From: Thermodesulfobacteriota bacterium
GTDB lineage: Bacteria; Desulfobacterota_D; UBA1144; Nemesobacterales; UBA2774
Assembly: GCA_035325995.1 (NCBI GenBank)
Contig: DAOKYU010000004.1
Location: forward strand, 69,415-133,414
Length of the DNA: 64,000 bases
Direction of reading: 5' to 3'
The first letter of the stretch is position 1, and every line of letters begins with the position of its first letter. Positions 30,335 to 40,283 of this stretch are shown one piece after another. The notes below the pieces were generated by a model. That model was given only the letters and a program-made list of their open reading frames with translations, was not told the origin of the DNA and made no database searches. The translations under genes and the position numbers were made by a program.

Positions 30335-31942
30335 TTACTCTTCTACCGGTACGAGCGCGGGCTCACCACCCTTTCTAATCACTATGTGCTTTCTCCACGA
30401 AGGGTCCTCTTCGGGGAAGTCTTCCCTGATGTGAACCCCGCGGGACTCTTCTCTCATGAGAGAAAAAGCGGTTATGAAGCCGCACACCTCGAGTATCATT
30501 TCCATCTTGAGTTTATAATAACCTGAGAGCTTCTCAAGAAGGGGCGTAATCCCGGCGAGCTCGCGCCCTGCCGCCGTGAGCCCCTCCCCGCTCCTTACGA
30601 TTCCGACGCTCCTGTTCATTATCCGTGCCGTCGATGCTTTCAGCTCCCCGAAGATTTTCTTTTCGGCCTCGGCCGGGTCATGCTCCACAGGGCCGCGCGG
30701 CCTCGACGAAGGATCGAACCCCGCGCCGTCGTAATCGACCGCCCCGTCGACGGCGCGCTTTCCGAACACGACGCATTCGAGAAGGGAGTTGCTGGCGAGA
30801 CGGTTCGCCCCGTGGACGCCGGTCGATGCGACCTCGCCGCAGGCGAAAAGGCCTTTAATATTCGTCTCGCCCATAAGCCCGGTCTTCACCCCGCCTATCA
30901 TGTAATGCGCCGCCGGGGCCACGGGCACGAGGCTCTCGGTCATGTCCACCCCCGCCGCGAGGCAGGCCTCGTATATGTTGGCGAAGCGGGATTTGAGGTA
31001 GGCGGAATCCAGGTGGCGCATGTCGAGGTAGACGAAGCTCCTGCCGGATTTTTCTATTTCGACGGATATGGCGCGGGATACGATATCCCTCGGCGCGAGC
31101 TCGCCGAGGTCGCTGTACCTGTACATGAACCTCTCGCCCGTGCATCCGAGGAGGTGCGCCCCCTCGCCCCTGAGGGCCTCGGTTATGAGAAAGCTCGCCC
31201 CATGCTCGTTGTAAAACGCCGTCGGGTGGAACTGGAGGAACTCCATGTCCGAGATCGCCGCCCCCGCCCTGAAGGCAAGCGCTATGCCCTCGCCCGTAGA
31301 GCTCTCGGGGTTCGTCGTCCGCTCGAAGAGCGCCGAGGCCCCGCCCGTCGCAAGTATCGTCGATTTTGCGCGGAACAGTATCGGCTCGAACCCGCTCCCC
31401 AACGCCAGCGCGCCAGAGCAAGATATGCCGTTTGATAGGAGCTCGACGACGCCCGTGCTCTCGAATTTTTTTATCGACGGGTTCTTCTCGACGGCGGCTA
31501 TGAGGAACTTCACCATCTCCCTGCCCGTCGAGCTCCCGCCCGCGTGGAGAACGCGCCTCTTCGTGTGGCCACCTTCGAGGCCGAGCTCGAGCCCGGTCTC
31601 GGACGAATCAAACTTCATGCCTTTTTCTATGAGCTCTATTACGCGCTCGCGGCCTTCGTTGACCAGCACCTCTACGGCCTTCGGGTTGTTGAGCCCCCTT
31701 CCCGCGCGCATGGTGTCCTCTATGTGAAACCAGGCCGAGTCGTCCGGGTCGACGACGGCGGCTATACCACCCTGGGCCCAGTAAGAATTACTTTCCTCGA
31801 CCGTCGATTTCGTGAGGAGCGTCACGCTCCCGAAGCCGGCCGCGTAAAGGGCCGCGTAGAGCCCGGCAAGGCCGCTGCCTATGATTAGAAAGTCGGAATA
31901 TATTTCCGCGGGCGGAGGGCCGCCGGCATCTTTAACGCTCAT
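30335..31942 (-). CDS. nadB: L-aspartate oxidase NadB
   Basis: FAD-binding GSGLAGLYAAL, the succinate dehydrogenase/fumarate reductase flavoprotein fold, and a C-terminal helical domain. Confidence 0.9.
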   Translation of the reverse strand: MSVKDAGGPPPAEIYSDFLIIGSGLAGLYAALYAAGFGSVTLLTKSTVEESNSYWAQGGIAAVVDPDDSAWFHIEDTMRAGRGLNNPKAVEVLVNEGRERVIELIEKGMKFDSSETGLELGLEGGHTKRRVLHAGGSSTGREMVKFLIAAVEKNPSIKKFESTGVVELLSNGISCSGALALGSGFEPILFRAKSTILATGGASALFERTTNPESSTGEGIALAFRAGAAISDMEFLQFHPTAFYNEHGASFLITEALRGEGAHLLGCTGERFMYRYSDLGELAPRDIVSRAISVEIEKSGRSFVYLDMRHLDSAYLKSRFANIYEACLAAGVDMTESLVPVAPAAHYMIGGVKTGLMGETNIKGLFACGEVASTGVHGANRLASNSLLECVVFGKRAVDGAVDYDGAGFDPSSRPRGPVEHDPAEAEKKIFGELKASTARIMNRSVGIVRSGEGLTAAGRELAGITPLLEKLSGYYKLKMEMILEVCGFITAFSLMREESRGVHIREDFPEEDPSWRKHIVIRKGGEPALVPVEE

Positions 31943-31970
31943 ATGATATTACCGTTCGTCATTGGGGGAT

Positions 31971-34628
31971 TCAGCCCTGGCCCGGATCTATGGATTCGAG
32001 GAGCGCCGCTTTTATCTCGGCGATCCTCTCGGGGTCGGCTATTTTCTTGCCGTTCATGTCCACGACGTAAAACGCGTCGACGACTTGGTCGACCTTCGTC
32101 GAGATTTTTGCGTATTCGATCGAGAGACCGAGGTCTCTTATGGTCTTCGTAATGTCGTAAAGGAGCCCGGACCTGTCGTACGTGTAAATGTCGATCACGG
32201 TCGCCGCGTCCGAGGATTCGTTGTCGAGCATAACCCTCGACGGGTATTGCTGCGGTATGGACTTGCCGTAGAGGGGTTTTTCGAGCTTCCTCTTCGCGAC
32301 GAGCTCGCCGACGTCGATTTCCTTCGCGAGGACGCGGCTCATGTTGTCCCTGAGCCTTGCCCATGCCTCGTCGTCTACCCCGAGCGACGAGCCGAGGCGG
32401 TTCAAATAGAAGACGTCGAGTATCCTGCCGTCGCTCCTCGTCGTGATCCTCGCCCCGAGTATGTTAAAGCCCGAAGCCCTTATGACACCGCAGAGGCGCG
32501 AGAATATACCCGGCTCGTCGAAGCCCCAGAACGTAAACTCGTTGTAATCCTCTTCGGGGAAGAACAGGATGTCCATGCCGACCGCACCCTTGTACTTGTC
32601 TATCAGGCCGATGTGATAGGCGATCTTGTAGGCCGAAAATCCGAGGAAATAAGACTCGGGCATGGCCTTTAATATCTCGCCCGCCTTCTTCCTCGATATC
32701 CTGGGGCCGGTTATCTTGATGACCTCTCCGATGATCCTCTCCTGTCTTGCGACCGGGTCTTCGACCTTGAGAACCCCCCTTTCGAGAACCTTCGCCGTCC
32801 TTATGAAAAGCTCCTTCAGGAGCATCCCCTTCCAGTTCGTCCAGACGTCGGGCCCGACGGACTTGATGTCGGCGTAGGTCAGGAGATAAAGGAGCGAGAG
32901 GGTTTCGAGCGTCTTCACCGACTTTGCGAAACGCACTATCAAACTGTAGTCGTGTATGTCCCTTCGCTGCGAGAAGTGAGACATTATAAGATGGTTCTTC
33001 ACCAAAAATTCGAGCTGCTTTCTCTCCCCGTCGTTGAGCCCCATACGCTTGGCTATCCTGGGGATCATCGCCGCTCCCTTTTCGGCGTGCCCTTTTCCTT
33101 CACCCTTCCCCATATCGTGAAAGAGGCAGGCCAGGTAAAGGACGTGCCTGTTTACGAGCGACTCCGCCGTCTTCGTAAGGAGCGGAAGCTCTTTTTCGTA
33201 TCTGTAACTCAGGAGATTCTCGATCTCCCTGACCATGAATATGGAATGGACGTCCACGGTGTAGACGTGGTAGGCGTCGTGCTGCACCATGCAGACTATC
33301 TTCCCGAATTCGGGGATGTAGTTGCCGAGGAACCGGAGCCTGTTCATTTCCATCAGAGTTTCGGCCACGTTCTTTCCTTTCTTGAGTATCCTGAGGAAAG
33401 AGGCGTTCAGCTCCGGATTGGACCTGATCTTCTCATCCATCTTGCCGATGTTGACGTTCTCGCGTATAAGGTCTAAAAGATAGTTGCTCATCCGCACCTG
33501 GTGCTTGTTCGCGTATTCGAACGCCTTCATGAGGTTTGCCGGGTTTTCCGTGAATATGTTCACGTTCGAGACCGAGAGAACCCCGCTCTGTATGATAAAG
33601 CCGCTGTCGAGATGTATGGTTTTGGACGCCCTTATTCCGGACCTCTGGTCCATAACGCACTTTTCGATGAGCCTTCTCGACTGCTCGGTGAGCTCGTTTC
33701 CGCGAAGGTAGTAGATGCGCATGAACCTCTCGACGGCGGGGAGGTCGGCGTCCTTGAACCCCAGGAATCTGGCTATCTTCTCCTGGAACTCGAAGCCGAG
33801 CCTGTCCTCCATACGGCCCGCGAGGTAGTGAAGCTCGGACCTTACCAAGAGAAGAAAATTCAGGCTCTTCTCAAAGATCCTGATCTCGTTCTCCATGAGT
33901 ATCCCTTTGGGGAGAAGCTCGGCGAAGGTTTTGACCTTGAACTTGGCCTGCGCGATCCAGAGCGCGTAGTGTATGTCGCGGAGCCCGCCCTCGCCCTCCT
34001 TGACGTTGGGTTCGAGGAGATATACGGACCTTCCGAAACGGTTTATCCTGCTTTCGTTTTCCGCTATTTTCTGCTGAATGAATTTATGCGATACGGACGG
34101 GAGAAGCTCGGAAAAGAGCTTTTTGTTCAAATCGAGGTAGAGCCTCTCGTCCCCGGCTACGTGCCTCGAATCCAGGAGAGAGGTCAGTATAGTGGTATCC
34201 TCGTCCTCGGATAGCTCCATGCATTCGTCTATCGTCCTAACCGAATGGCCGACGTCGAGCTTTAAGTCCCAGAGGAGATAGAGCAGCTTCTCCGTGATCT
34301 CCTTGGCCAGCGTCTTGTGCCGCGGCTTGTAGAGGATCATTAGGTCGATATCGGAATACGGGCAGAGCTCGTTCCTTCCGTACCCGCCGAGGGCGATCAC
34401 GGCCACGTTGGCAATGTCGTTGAACCCGAGCTGCGAAAGCGCCTGCCTTATAAGCTTGTCGATTACCTCGGACCGTTTCTTGGCGAGGAGGCTTCCCGAA
34501 AGCGCCTTGTTCCGCTTGGCCTTGTTGTTGTGATATTCCTTAAGCTCGGCGAGCTTCCTGTCGAGCCTTCCCCTTAAGCTCCTGCTCGACTCCGGCTCGT
34601 CCGTCATAAGATTTACGGCTTTGCTCAT
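31971..34628 (-). CDS. glnD: [Protein-PII] uridylyltransferase/uridylyl-removing enzyme GlnD
   Basis: Nucleotidyltransferase domain (GGYGRNELCPYSDIDL), an HD domain, and two C-terminal ACT domains. 885 aa. Confidence 0.9.
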   Translation of the reverse strand: MSKAVNLMTDEPESSRSLRGRLDRKLAELKEYHNNKAKRNKALSGSLLAKKRSEVIDKLIRQALSQLGFNDIANVAVIALGGYGRNELCPYSDIDLMILYKPRHKTLAKEITEKLLYLLWDLKLDVGHSVRTIDECMELSEDEDTTILTSLLDSRHVAGDERLYLDLNKKLFSELLPSVSHKFIQQKIAENESRINRFGRSVYLLEPNVKEGEGGLRDIHYALWIAQAKFKVKTFAELLPKGILMENEIRIFEKSLNFLLLVRSELHYLAGRMEDRLGFEFQEKIARFLGFKDADLPAVERFMRIYYLRGNELTEQSRRLIEKCVMDQRSGIRASKTIHLDSGFIIQSGVLSVSNVNIFTENPANLMKAFEYANKHQVRMSNYLLDLIRENVNIGKMDEKIRSNPELNASFLRILKKGKNVAETLMEMNRLRFLGNYIPEFGKIVCMVQHDAYHVYTVDVHSIFMVREIENLLSYRYEKELPLLTKTAESLVNRHVLYLACLFHDMGKGEGKGHAEKGAAMIPRIAKRMGLNDGERKQLEFLVKNHLIMSHFSQRRDIHDYSLIVRFAKSVKTLETLSLLYLLTYADIKSVGPDVWTNWKGMLLKELFIRTAKVLERGVLKVEDPVARQERIIGEVIKITGPRISRKKAGEILKAMPESYFLGFSAYKIAYHIGLIDKYKGAVGMDILFFPEEDYNEFTFWGFDEPGIFSRLCGVIRASGFNILGARITTRSDGRILDVFYLNRLGSSLGVDDEAWARLRDNMSRVLAKEIDVGELVAKRKLEKPLYGKSIPQQYPSRVMLDNESSDAATVIDIYTYDRSGLLYDITKTIRDLGLSIEYAKISTKVDQVVDAFYVVDMNGKKIADPERIAEIKAALLESIDPGQG

Positions 34629-34646
34629 GTGCCTGCTCTGCTTATT

Positions 34647-34688
34647 ATATTACATCCATTATATTACATTGATACTTGCATATTACAT
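34647..34688. repeat. Three direct repeats of ATATTACAT (ATGTAATAT on the glnD coding strand) immediately upstream of glnD
   Basis: Copies at about 34647, 34661 and 34680, ending 20 bp from the glnD start. Confidence 0.5.
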
Positions 34689-34713
34689 TCATGCTTGGGG
34701 GCGTTAAACCGCG

Positions 34714-35373
34714 TCAAAGCTTGAGGCTTATCGACACGCCGTCCCTTATCGGGAGAACGGTGCTGTAAAATCCTTCCTCGGCGAAAAGGAGCCTCGCAAA
34801 CTTCCTTACGCCCTCGGTGGCCGGCGAGTCGTCTTCGGGAGACAGCACCCTTCCGTGCCATAGCACGTTATCCGTTATAAACAGCCCGCCCCTCCTGAGT
34901 TTCGCGTACGCCTTTCCGACGAGGGGCGGATACCATTCCTTGTCGACGTCGTTGAACACGATGTCGAAAGGGCCTTTCTCCCCGTCGAATATTTCCAGCG
35001 CGTCTCCTACTCTTATTTCGACTTTATCCATGAGACCCGCGCGGGATAGGAAGCCCTCGGCCATTTCGGCGTTATCCCGGGAGGCGTCCGTCAGTATCAC
35101 ACGGCCGCGGCCGAGCACGGAAAGCGCCTTTCCGAACCAGTACGCGGAATAGCCGAAGCCCGAGCCGAGCTCTATAATCTCCTCCGCGCCGGATGTGAGC
35201 GTAAGCTGGTAAAGGAGCCTTCCGACCGAGGGGCCGACTATGGGGAAGCCGTTCTCGCGGGCGTATTCTTCCATCTCCCTCCGGACGCCGTCCGCACCGG
35301 GGGACAATGATTCGATATATCGTTCGATTTCAGGGTTGACTATGGGATGGTCCGGCCCGTGGGACTGGCTCAT
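34714..35373 (-). CDS. Class I SAM-dependent O-methyltransferase (caffeoyl-CoA OMT-like family)
   Basis: SAM motif I (ELGSGFGYSAYW), an acidic motif II, and a typical roughly 220-aa size. Confidence 0.8.
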   Translation of the reverse strand: MSQSHGPDHPIVNPEIERYIESLSPGADGVRREMEEYARENGFPIVGPSVGRLLYQLTLTSGAEEIIELGSGFGYSAYWFGKALSVLGRGRVILTDASRDNAEMAEGFLSRAGLMDKVEIRVGDALEIFDGEKGPFDIVFNDVDKEWYPPLVGKAYAKLRRGGLFITDNVLWHGRVLSPEDDSPATEGVRKFARLLFAEEGFYSTVLPIRDGVSISLKL

Positions 35374-35930
35374 TTCTTTCCGAACTCCACGAACGTCTCG
35401 CTGTAGCCGCTCCGCTGGTTTTCGGCCCGGGCCATTACGAATAGAAGGTCGGAGAGCCGGTTAAGATAGATGAGGACGTTCTTCCCGACCCCTTCCTCTT
35501 CCATGAGCCTTACGACCTTCCTCTCGGCCCGCCTGGATACCGTCCTCGCGAAGTGAAGGTAGGCCCCTCCCGCGCTCCCGCTCGGGAGTATGAATTCCTT
35601 AAGAGGCTTTAACTCTTCGAGGAGCCCGTCTATGGAGGATTCGAGCTCCGCTATCCTGTCCCCGCCTATGCGCGGGACCTCGAACCCGGGGGGGCTCGCG
35701 AGCTCGGCCCCTATGATGAAGAGGTCGTTCTGTATGGCCTTAAGCGTCTCCGAAATACCCTCGTCGGCAACCATCGTCCTCGCGATGCCGAGGACGGCGT
35801 TCAGCTCGTCGACGTCGCCGTAGGCCTCCACCTTGGGCGAGGCCTTGCTCACCCTCTCCCCGCCGATGAGCGACGTGAGCCCCTCGTCCCCGGTCTTCGT
35901 ATAAACCTTCGTTATACGGACTTTGGCCAT
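35370..35930 (-). CDS. PduO-type ATP:cob(I)alamin adenosyltransferase
   Basis: N-terminal YTKTGDEGLTSL signature of PduO-type ATR. 186 aa. Confidence 0.85.
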   Translation of the reverse strand: MAKVRITKVYTKTGDEGLTSLIGGERVSKASPKVEAYGDVDELNAVLGIARTMVADEGISETLKAIQNDLFIIGAELASPPGFEVPRIGGDRIAELESSIDGLLEELKPLKEFILPSGSAGGAYLHFARTVSRRAERKVVRLMEEEGVGKNVLIYLNRLSDLLFVMARAENQRSGYSETFVEFGKK

Positions 35931-36004
35931 AAGGGAATTCTAACCGAACGGCCTGCCCGCTTCAAACGGCCCGCAGGCGCGGCGGCGGGCGTGAAAGGGC
36001 GTTC

Positions 36005-36337
36005 TTAATCCTTTGACAGGCTGTTTTCGATGACTTCCGTTATGTGCCCCTTGGGAAGGGCCCCTATTATCTTGTCGTCGGGGGAGCCGTTCTTAAATAG
36101 TATCATCGTCGGTATGCTCCTGATCCCGAAGGCCTGCGCCGTGTAGGGGTTCTCGTCGACGTTCAGCTTTCCGACCTTTACCCTGCCCTCGTAATCCCCG
36201 GCAATCTCATCCAGAACGGGCGCGATAGCACGGCAGGGAGGGCACCACTCGGCCCAGAAATCGAGAAGTACGGGCACGTCCGACTTCACCACTTCGTCGT
36301 CGAAATTATCGTCTGTAATCTGTACCGTTTTTCCCAT
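36005..36337 (-). CDS. trxA: Thioredoxin (WCPPC active site)
   Basis: Thioredoxin fold with FWAEWCPPCR and a typical 110-aa length. Confidence 0.9.
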   Translation of the reverse strand: MGKTVQITDDNFDDEVVKSDVPVLLDFWAEWCPPCRAIAPVLDEIAGDYEGRVKVGKLNVDENPYTAQAFGIRSIPTMILFKNGSPDDKIIGALPKGHITEVIENSLSKD

Positions 36338-36514
36338 TCGATATCTCCATCAATTTATTTTTAACGGATTAGATAACAAATGACGCTTTATGGATTCAAA
36401 GCCCGGCCCACCGCGGGGGAGCCCCGGGATCAAGGCCGCGGCCCCCGGCGCGGACCAAACCCTTCCCCGTATGCTATACTCTAAGAAAGCCTGAGGGCAG
36501 TATATGGGTGGTAA

Positions 36515-37216
36515 ATGGATTTATCTTCGCTTGATCTCAAGGACGTTTCCAATCTTTCGAATTTTTCGGGCATGGTGCCATTGTTCCCGTTATCGACGGT
36601 CGTCTTCTTTCCCAATACCCTTCTTCCCCTCCACGTTTTCGAGCCAAGATACAAACAAATGGTAAACGACGTCATTAAATCCGAAAGGATCATAGGCATG
36701 GCGCTTTTAAAACCTGGGTGGCAGTCGAACTACTACGGGAATCCGGATATTTACGACGTGGCCGGCATGGGAAGGATCGTGAGCTCCGAGACGTGCTCCG
36801 ACGGGAAGATAAATATAGTCCTCTACGGCCTGAAGCGGGTGAGGATAACGGAGATAGTAAAGGACAAGCCCTACAGGCTCGCGCGGGTGGATATACTCGA
36901 AAACGCGCACGGGCCTAACGAAGAGAGCCTTCGGGTGCGGATAGAAGAGCTCGTCACGAAGTGGAACTTCACGCTCGGGGAAAAAGAGAAGGCCCACAGG
37001 ATCAACGTCAACACGAAGCTGCCGCTCGACTGCCTCACCGACGCACTCGGCACGCTGATATTCTCGAATATATTCGAAAAGCAGATGCTCCTCGAAGAGC
37101 CGGGCATCGAGAAGAGGGCGGAGATAATAATAAAGGATCTCCAGACGAGGCTCGACATAGTCTCGGTCACCGCCGGAAAAAGCTCCGGCATACTCGACAA
37201 GAGGAATCTAAACTGA
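36515..37216 (+). CDS. Stand-alone LON N-terminal (LON substrate-binding) domain protein
   Basis: (M)VPLFPLSTVVFFPNTLLPLHVFEPRY is the Lon N-domain signature. There is no AAA+ or protease domain. The true start may be at 36572. Confidence 0.8.
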   Translation: MDLSSLDLKDVSNLSNFSGMVPLFPLSTVVFFPNTLLPLHVFEPRYKQMVNDVIKSERIIGMALLKPGWQSNYYGNPDIYDVAGMGRIVSSETCSDGKINIVLYGLKRVRITEIVKDKPYRLARVDILENAHGPNEESLRVRIEELVTKWNFTLGEKEKAHRINVNTKLPLDCLTDALGTLIFSNIFEKQMLLEEPGIEKRAEIIIKDLQTRLDIVSVTAGKSSGILDKRNLN

Positions 37217-38005
37217 TTCGGACCCCAGGAATTCGAGCACGAGCTCGTCCACCTCTTCCTGCCTTTCCCTCCAGAATCCGTGCCCCACGCCCGGGAACGT
37301 CTTAAGCAGCGCCCCTTTTATCAGAGATGCGAGCTCCCGCGTCTTCTTCGGCGAGGTCGTAAGGTCGGTCTCCCCGAGCATCACCAGCGTCGGGGCGTTT
37401 ATGCCCGATAGGAGCTCCGTCGTGTCGTGCGTTTCGACCGCCTGGCTCTGGCCTATGTAGCCACGGAGCGTGTCCGGGCTCTCGGGAACGGCGGCCATCG
37501 TGGCTTTCAGCGTGGAGATGTTCTTCTCGATGTATTCCCTCGTGTAGCCGAGGTAAAGGGCCATCGTCCAGACGGCCTTCATGCCGACCTTCGATGCTAT
37601 CTCTCTCCCCATGTCGAGTATGACGTTCCCCACCTCGTCGCGGGACGCAGCCGAGCATCCCATGACGAGCCTGCTCACCTTGTGAGGATGCCTTATGGCG
37701 AGCCACTGCCCTATCATGCCGCCCATCGACTTCCCCACGACGTGCGCACGCTCGATGCCGAGCGCGTCCATGAGCCCGGCCGTGTCGTCCGCCATGTCGG
37801 CCGTCGTGTATCCCGGCGCGGGCTTGTCCGAAAGCCCCGAGCCCCGGTTGTCGAATACGACCACCTTGAAGTGCTTCGAGTATATCGGCACCTGCGTCGC
37901 CCAGCTCTGCGCCTGGCTCCCGAGGCCGCCTATTAGGACGACCGGGTATCCCTCGCCGTGGACCTCGTAATATAATCTGACGCCGTCTACGTCCGCGTAA
38001 GCCAT
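37208..38005 (-). CDS. Alpha/beta-fold hydrolase
   Basis: GKSMGG nucleophile elbow, HG oxyanion region (VVLIGGLG), and a C-terminal His. Confidence 0.85.
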   Translation of the reverse strand: MAYADVDGVRLYYEVHGEGYPVVLIGGLGSQAQSWATQVPIYSKHFKVVVFDNRGSGLSDKPAPGYTTADMADDTAGLMDALGIERAHVVGKSMGGMIGQWLAIRHPHKVSRLVMGCSAASRDEVGNVILDMGREIASKVGMKAVWTMALYLGYTREYIEKNISTLKATMAAVPESPDTLRGYIGQSQAVETHDTTELLSGINAPTLVMLGETDLTTSPKKTRELASLIKGALLKTFPGVGHGFWRERQEEVDELVLEFLGSESV

Positions 38006-38442
38006 TAGTAGTCGTCCTCCGGTGTTATGGGTCTTTTCGATTCCAGATACTCGGCAAGTATATACACGGCCGCCATCTTGTCGATCACCTTTTTCCGCTT
38101 CTTCCGCGAGACGTCGGCTTCTATAAGGAACCGCTCGGCGTTCTTCGTGGAATAGCTCTCGTCCCAGAAATTTACGGGGATTCCGAATCTCCCGAGGACG
38201 GTCGAGGCGAACTTCTTTATCTCCTCTCCCCTACGTGTCATTCCCCCGTCGCCCCGCATCGGAAGGCCGACGAGGAGCTCGCCGGGCTCGTACTCCGCGA
38301 TTATCTTCGAGAGCTCGGCCGTGTCGTGCTCGATATCCTTCCGCATTATCGTGGTCACGCCGTTGGCCGTAATGCCGAGGAGGTCGCTTACCGCGACACC
38401 TATGGTCTTCGAGCCGACGTCGAGCGCAAGTGTTCGTTTCAT
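38005..38442 (-). CDS. ruvX: Putative pre-16S rRNA nuclease / Holliday junction resolvase-like YqgF (RuvX)
   Basis: MKRTLALDVGSKTIGVAVSD... with the RNase H-like YqgF signature. Confidence 0.9.
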   Translation of the reverse strand: MKRTLALDVGSKTIGVAVSDLLGITANGVTTIMRKDIEHDTAELSKIIAEYEPGELLVGLPMRGDGGMTRRGEEIKKFASTVLGRFGIPVNFWDESYSTKNAERFLIEADVSRKKRKKVIDKMAAVYILAEYLESKRPITPEDDY

Positions 38443-38512
38443 ATGAATCGTCCGGGCGGGCGTACCGATATTGTAACATTATCGCGGGCTCAATCGGGAA
38501 TGGTGTAAGGCA

Positions 38513-39325
38513 TCAGTAAAGCGTCTCGTCGGTATAGGTATCGATCCTGTTCCGCCAGCCGGGAAGCCACCTCTTCTCGTTACGCCCGGGGGGAGAATTC
38601 TTAACCCGCCTTTCGAGGACGAACTCCGCCGACCGTGCGAATTCTTCGAGCGCCTCGGGGCCTGTCCCGGCCCCTTTCATATTGGCGAGCACCTGGAGGA
38701 GCCCCCACCCCTGCCCCTCGTACCTTTCGGACTCCGAGACCCCCTCGCCCTTGAAATTGACGTAGTCGATGAGGGCATACATCCCCATGCCGGACTCGGC
38801 GACGCGGTAGAACTGCCTTTCTATGTTACCCCTCATCTCGGGCGGGGCGGCCTTCAGCATGGCAGGGAGGCTCTTTTCGAGCCTGTCGGCTATGAAGGAC
38901 GTCTGGAGCGCAAACGTGCCCAGTAGAAACTCCCTCAGGGAAACCATCCTCGGCGACTCGAATTCATTGTAAAATTCAGAGCGCGACTTCCACGGAAGAT
39001 CGAAGGGGCGAAGGTCCCGAAGCCACTTCGGAATCGAAGCGCCTTCTGACTTCATATACTCGATCAGCGCGGGAAAGGTCTCGACGAAGCGGTACTCCTC
39101 ACCCGCCGGATACCAGAGGAAGTGCCCTATGCCGAGAGAGGCGAACTCCTCCCCTTCGTTCCACGCGGTGAGGTTCGCGGGCTTTCCGCCCGCCTCGTTT
39201 TTGTATATGAGGGCGCCTATCCGGGCGAGCTCGCCCTCGGACAGGGGCAGCTCCCTCGCTATGGATAGAGAGAACGAAAGGCATAGTGCCGGTATGAAGG
39301 TTAAAGACGCAAGCGCCCGTCGCAT
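38513..39325 (-). CDS. Secreted hypothetical protein (270 aa)
   Basis: Signal peptide. The conserved-looking block NEAGG...WNEGEEFASLGIGHFLW hints at a carbohydrate-active or lysozyme-like fold, but no confident family. Confidence 0.5.
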   Translation of the reverse strand: MRRALASLTFIPALCLSFSLSIARELPLSEGELARIGALIYKNEAGGKPANLTAWNEGEEFASLGIGHFLWYPAGEEYRFVETFPALIEYMKSEGASIPKWLRDLRPFDLPWKSRSEFYNEFESPRMVSLREFLLGTFALQTSFIADRLEKSLPAMLKAAPPEMRGNIERQFYRVAESGMGMYALIDYVNFKGEGVSESERYEGQGWGLLQVLANMKGAGTGPEALEEFARSAEFVLERRVKNSPPGRNEKRWLPGWRNRIDTYTDETLY

Positions 39326-39383
39326 ACGACAGCCTCCGTAAATGAATTACAGATATATGCCGGAACAACCGAATATACGGCCT

Positions 39384-39605
39384 TTACCTGTATATATGGT
39401 GCTTGAGGTGCTCTTTATTGGTGATTCTTTCGAAGACTTCGCCGCACTTGTCGCATGCGTACCTGACCTCGGTCGGCGGGTGGCTTATGCCGCACCCGAC
39501 CAGAATCCACCCGAAGATCGAGTAGCTCGGCTTGGGAACTATCCAGGAATTATTCCTCGTGTGTCCGCACCTGCATGTTTTCTCTGAAGATGTCTGCTCG
39601 CTCAT
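39384..39605 (-). CDS. Small zinc-ribbon protein (73 aa)
   Basis: CRCGH ... CDKCG cysteine pairs with the spacing of a 4-Cys zinc ribbon. Confidence 0.45.
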   Translation of the reverse strand: MSEQTSSEKTCRCGHTRNNSWIVPKPSYSIFGWILVGCGISHPPTEVRYACDKCGEVFERITNKEHLKHHIYR

Positions 39606-39733
39606 GGTGTAATCGAACCGGCAAATATTCTAAACTGTTTTAGCCGCATATCAATATAACAGGATAATGGGCTCTCCGGCCCCCAAACCGAAGAGTATAG
39701 CGGACGGAAAGGCCTTTTGCGCGGGGGATTGGG

Positions 39734-40159
39734 CTATTCTGCGCCGGGAATGCCGGGCTTCCGGAGCCGCTTTACCTCGGAGCGGCGCTTCTTTTGGGAA
39801 AGCCTCTTTTCCCTGGACGCCGCAGTAGGCCTCGTTTTCCGCCTCGGTGTGGGCTTCACGGCCGCCTTCCTTACCATTTCGGTCAGGCGGTCGATTGCGT
39901 CCCTGCGGTTCTTCTCCTGGCTCCTGAACCTTTTCGCCTCGATAATGATTATCCCCTCGTCGGTCGCCCTGTTTCCGGCGATTTTGAGAAGGCGCTCCTT
40001 AACCCCGGATTCAAGGCTTTCCGAGCCGGCGGCGTCGAAACGGAGCTGCACCGCCGTCGAAACCTTGTTGACATTTTGCCCGCCCGGCCCCGAGGCGCGG
40101 ACGAATTCGAGGCTTATCTCGTCGTCCGGGATGACGATATTCCGCGTTATTCTGGGCAT
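39734..40159 (-). CDS. arfB: Alternative ribosome-rescue factor ArfB (peptidyl-tRNA hydrolase, GGQ family)
   Basis: GGQ motif (SGPGGQNVNKV) and a basic C-terminal tail. Confidence 0.9.
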   Translation of the reverse strand: MPRITRNIVIPDDEISLEFVRASGPGGQNVNKVSTAVQLRFDAAGSESLESGVKERLLKIAGNRATDEGIIIIEAKRFRSQEKNRRDAIDRLTEMVRKAAVKPTPRRKTRPTAASREKRLSQKKRRSEVKRLRKPGIPGAE

Positions 40160-40283
40160 GAATACAATTTATAAATCCGCGGGGAATTATTCAAGTGGTT
40201 TGTATGTAGAAGAGGATGAGAAGATAAAAAGCGGCGGGAGGGTTTCGCCTCTCCCGCCGCCTCGCCGGTTTTATCCGAATCGT

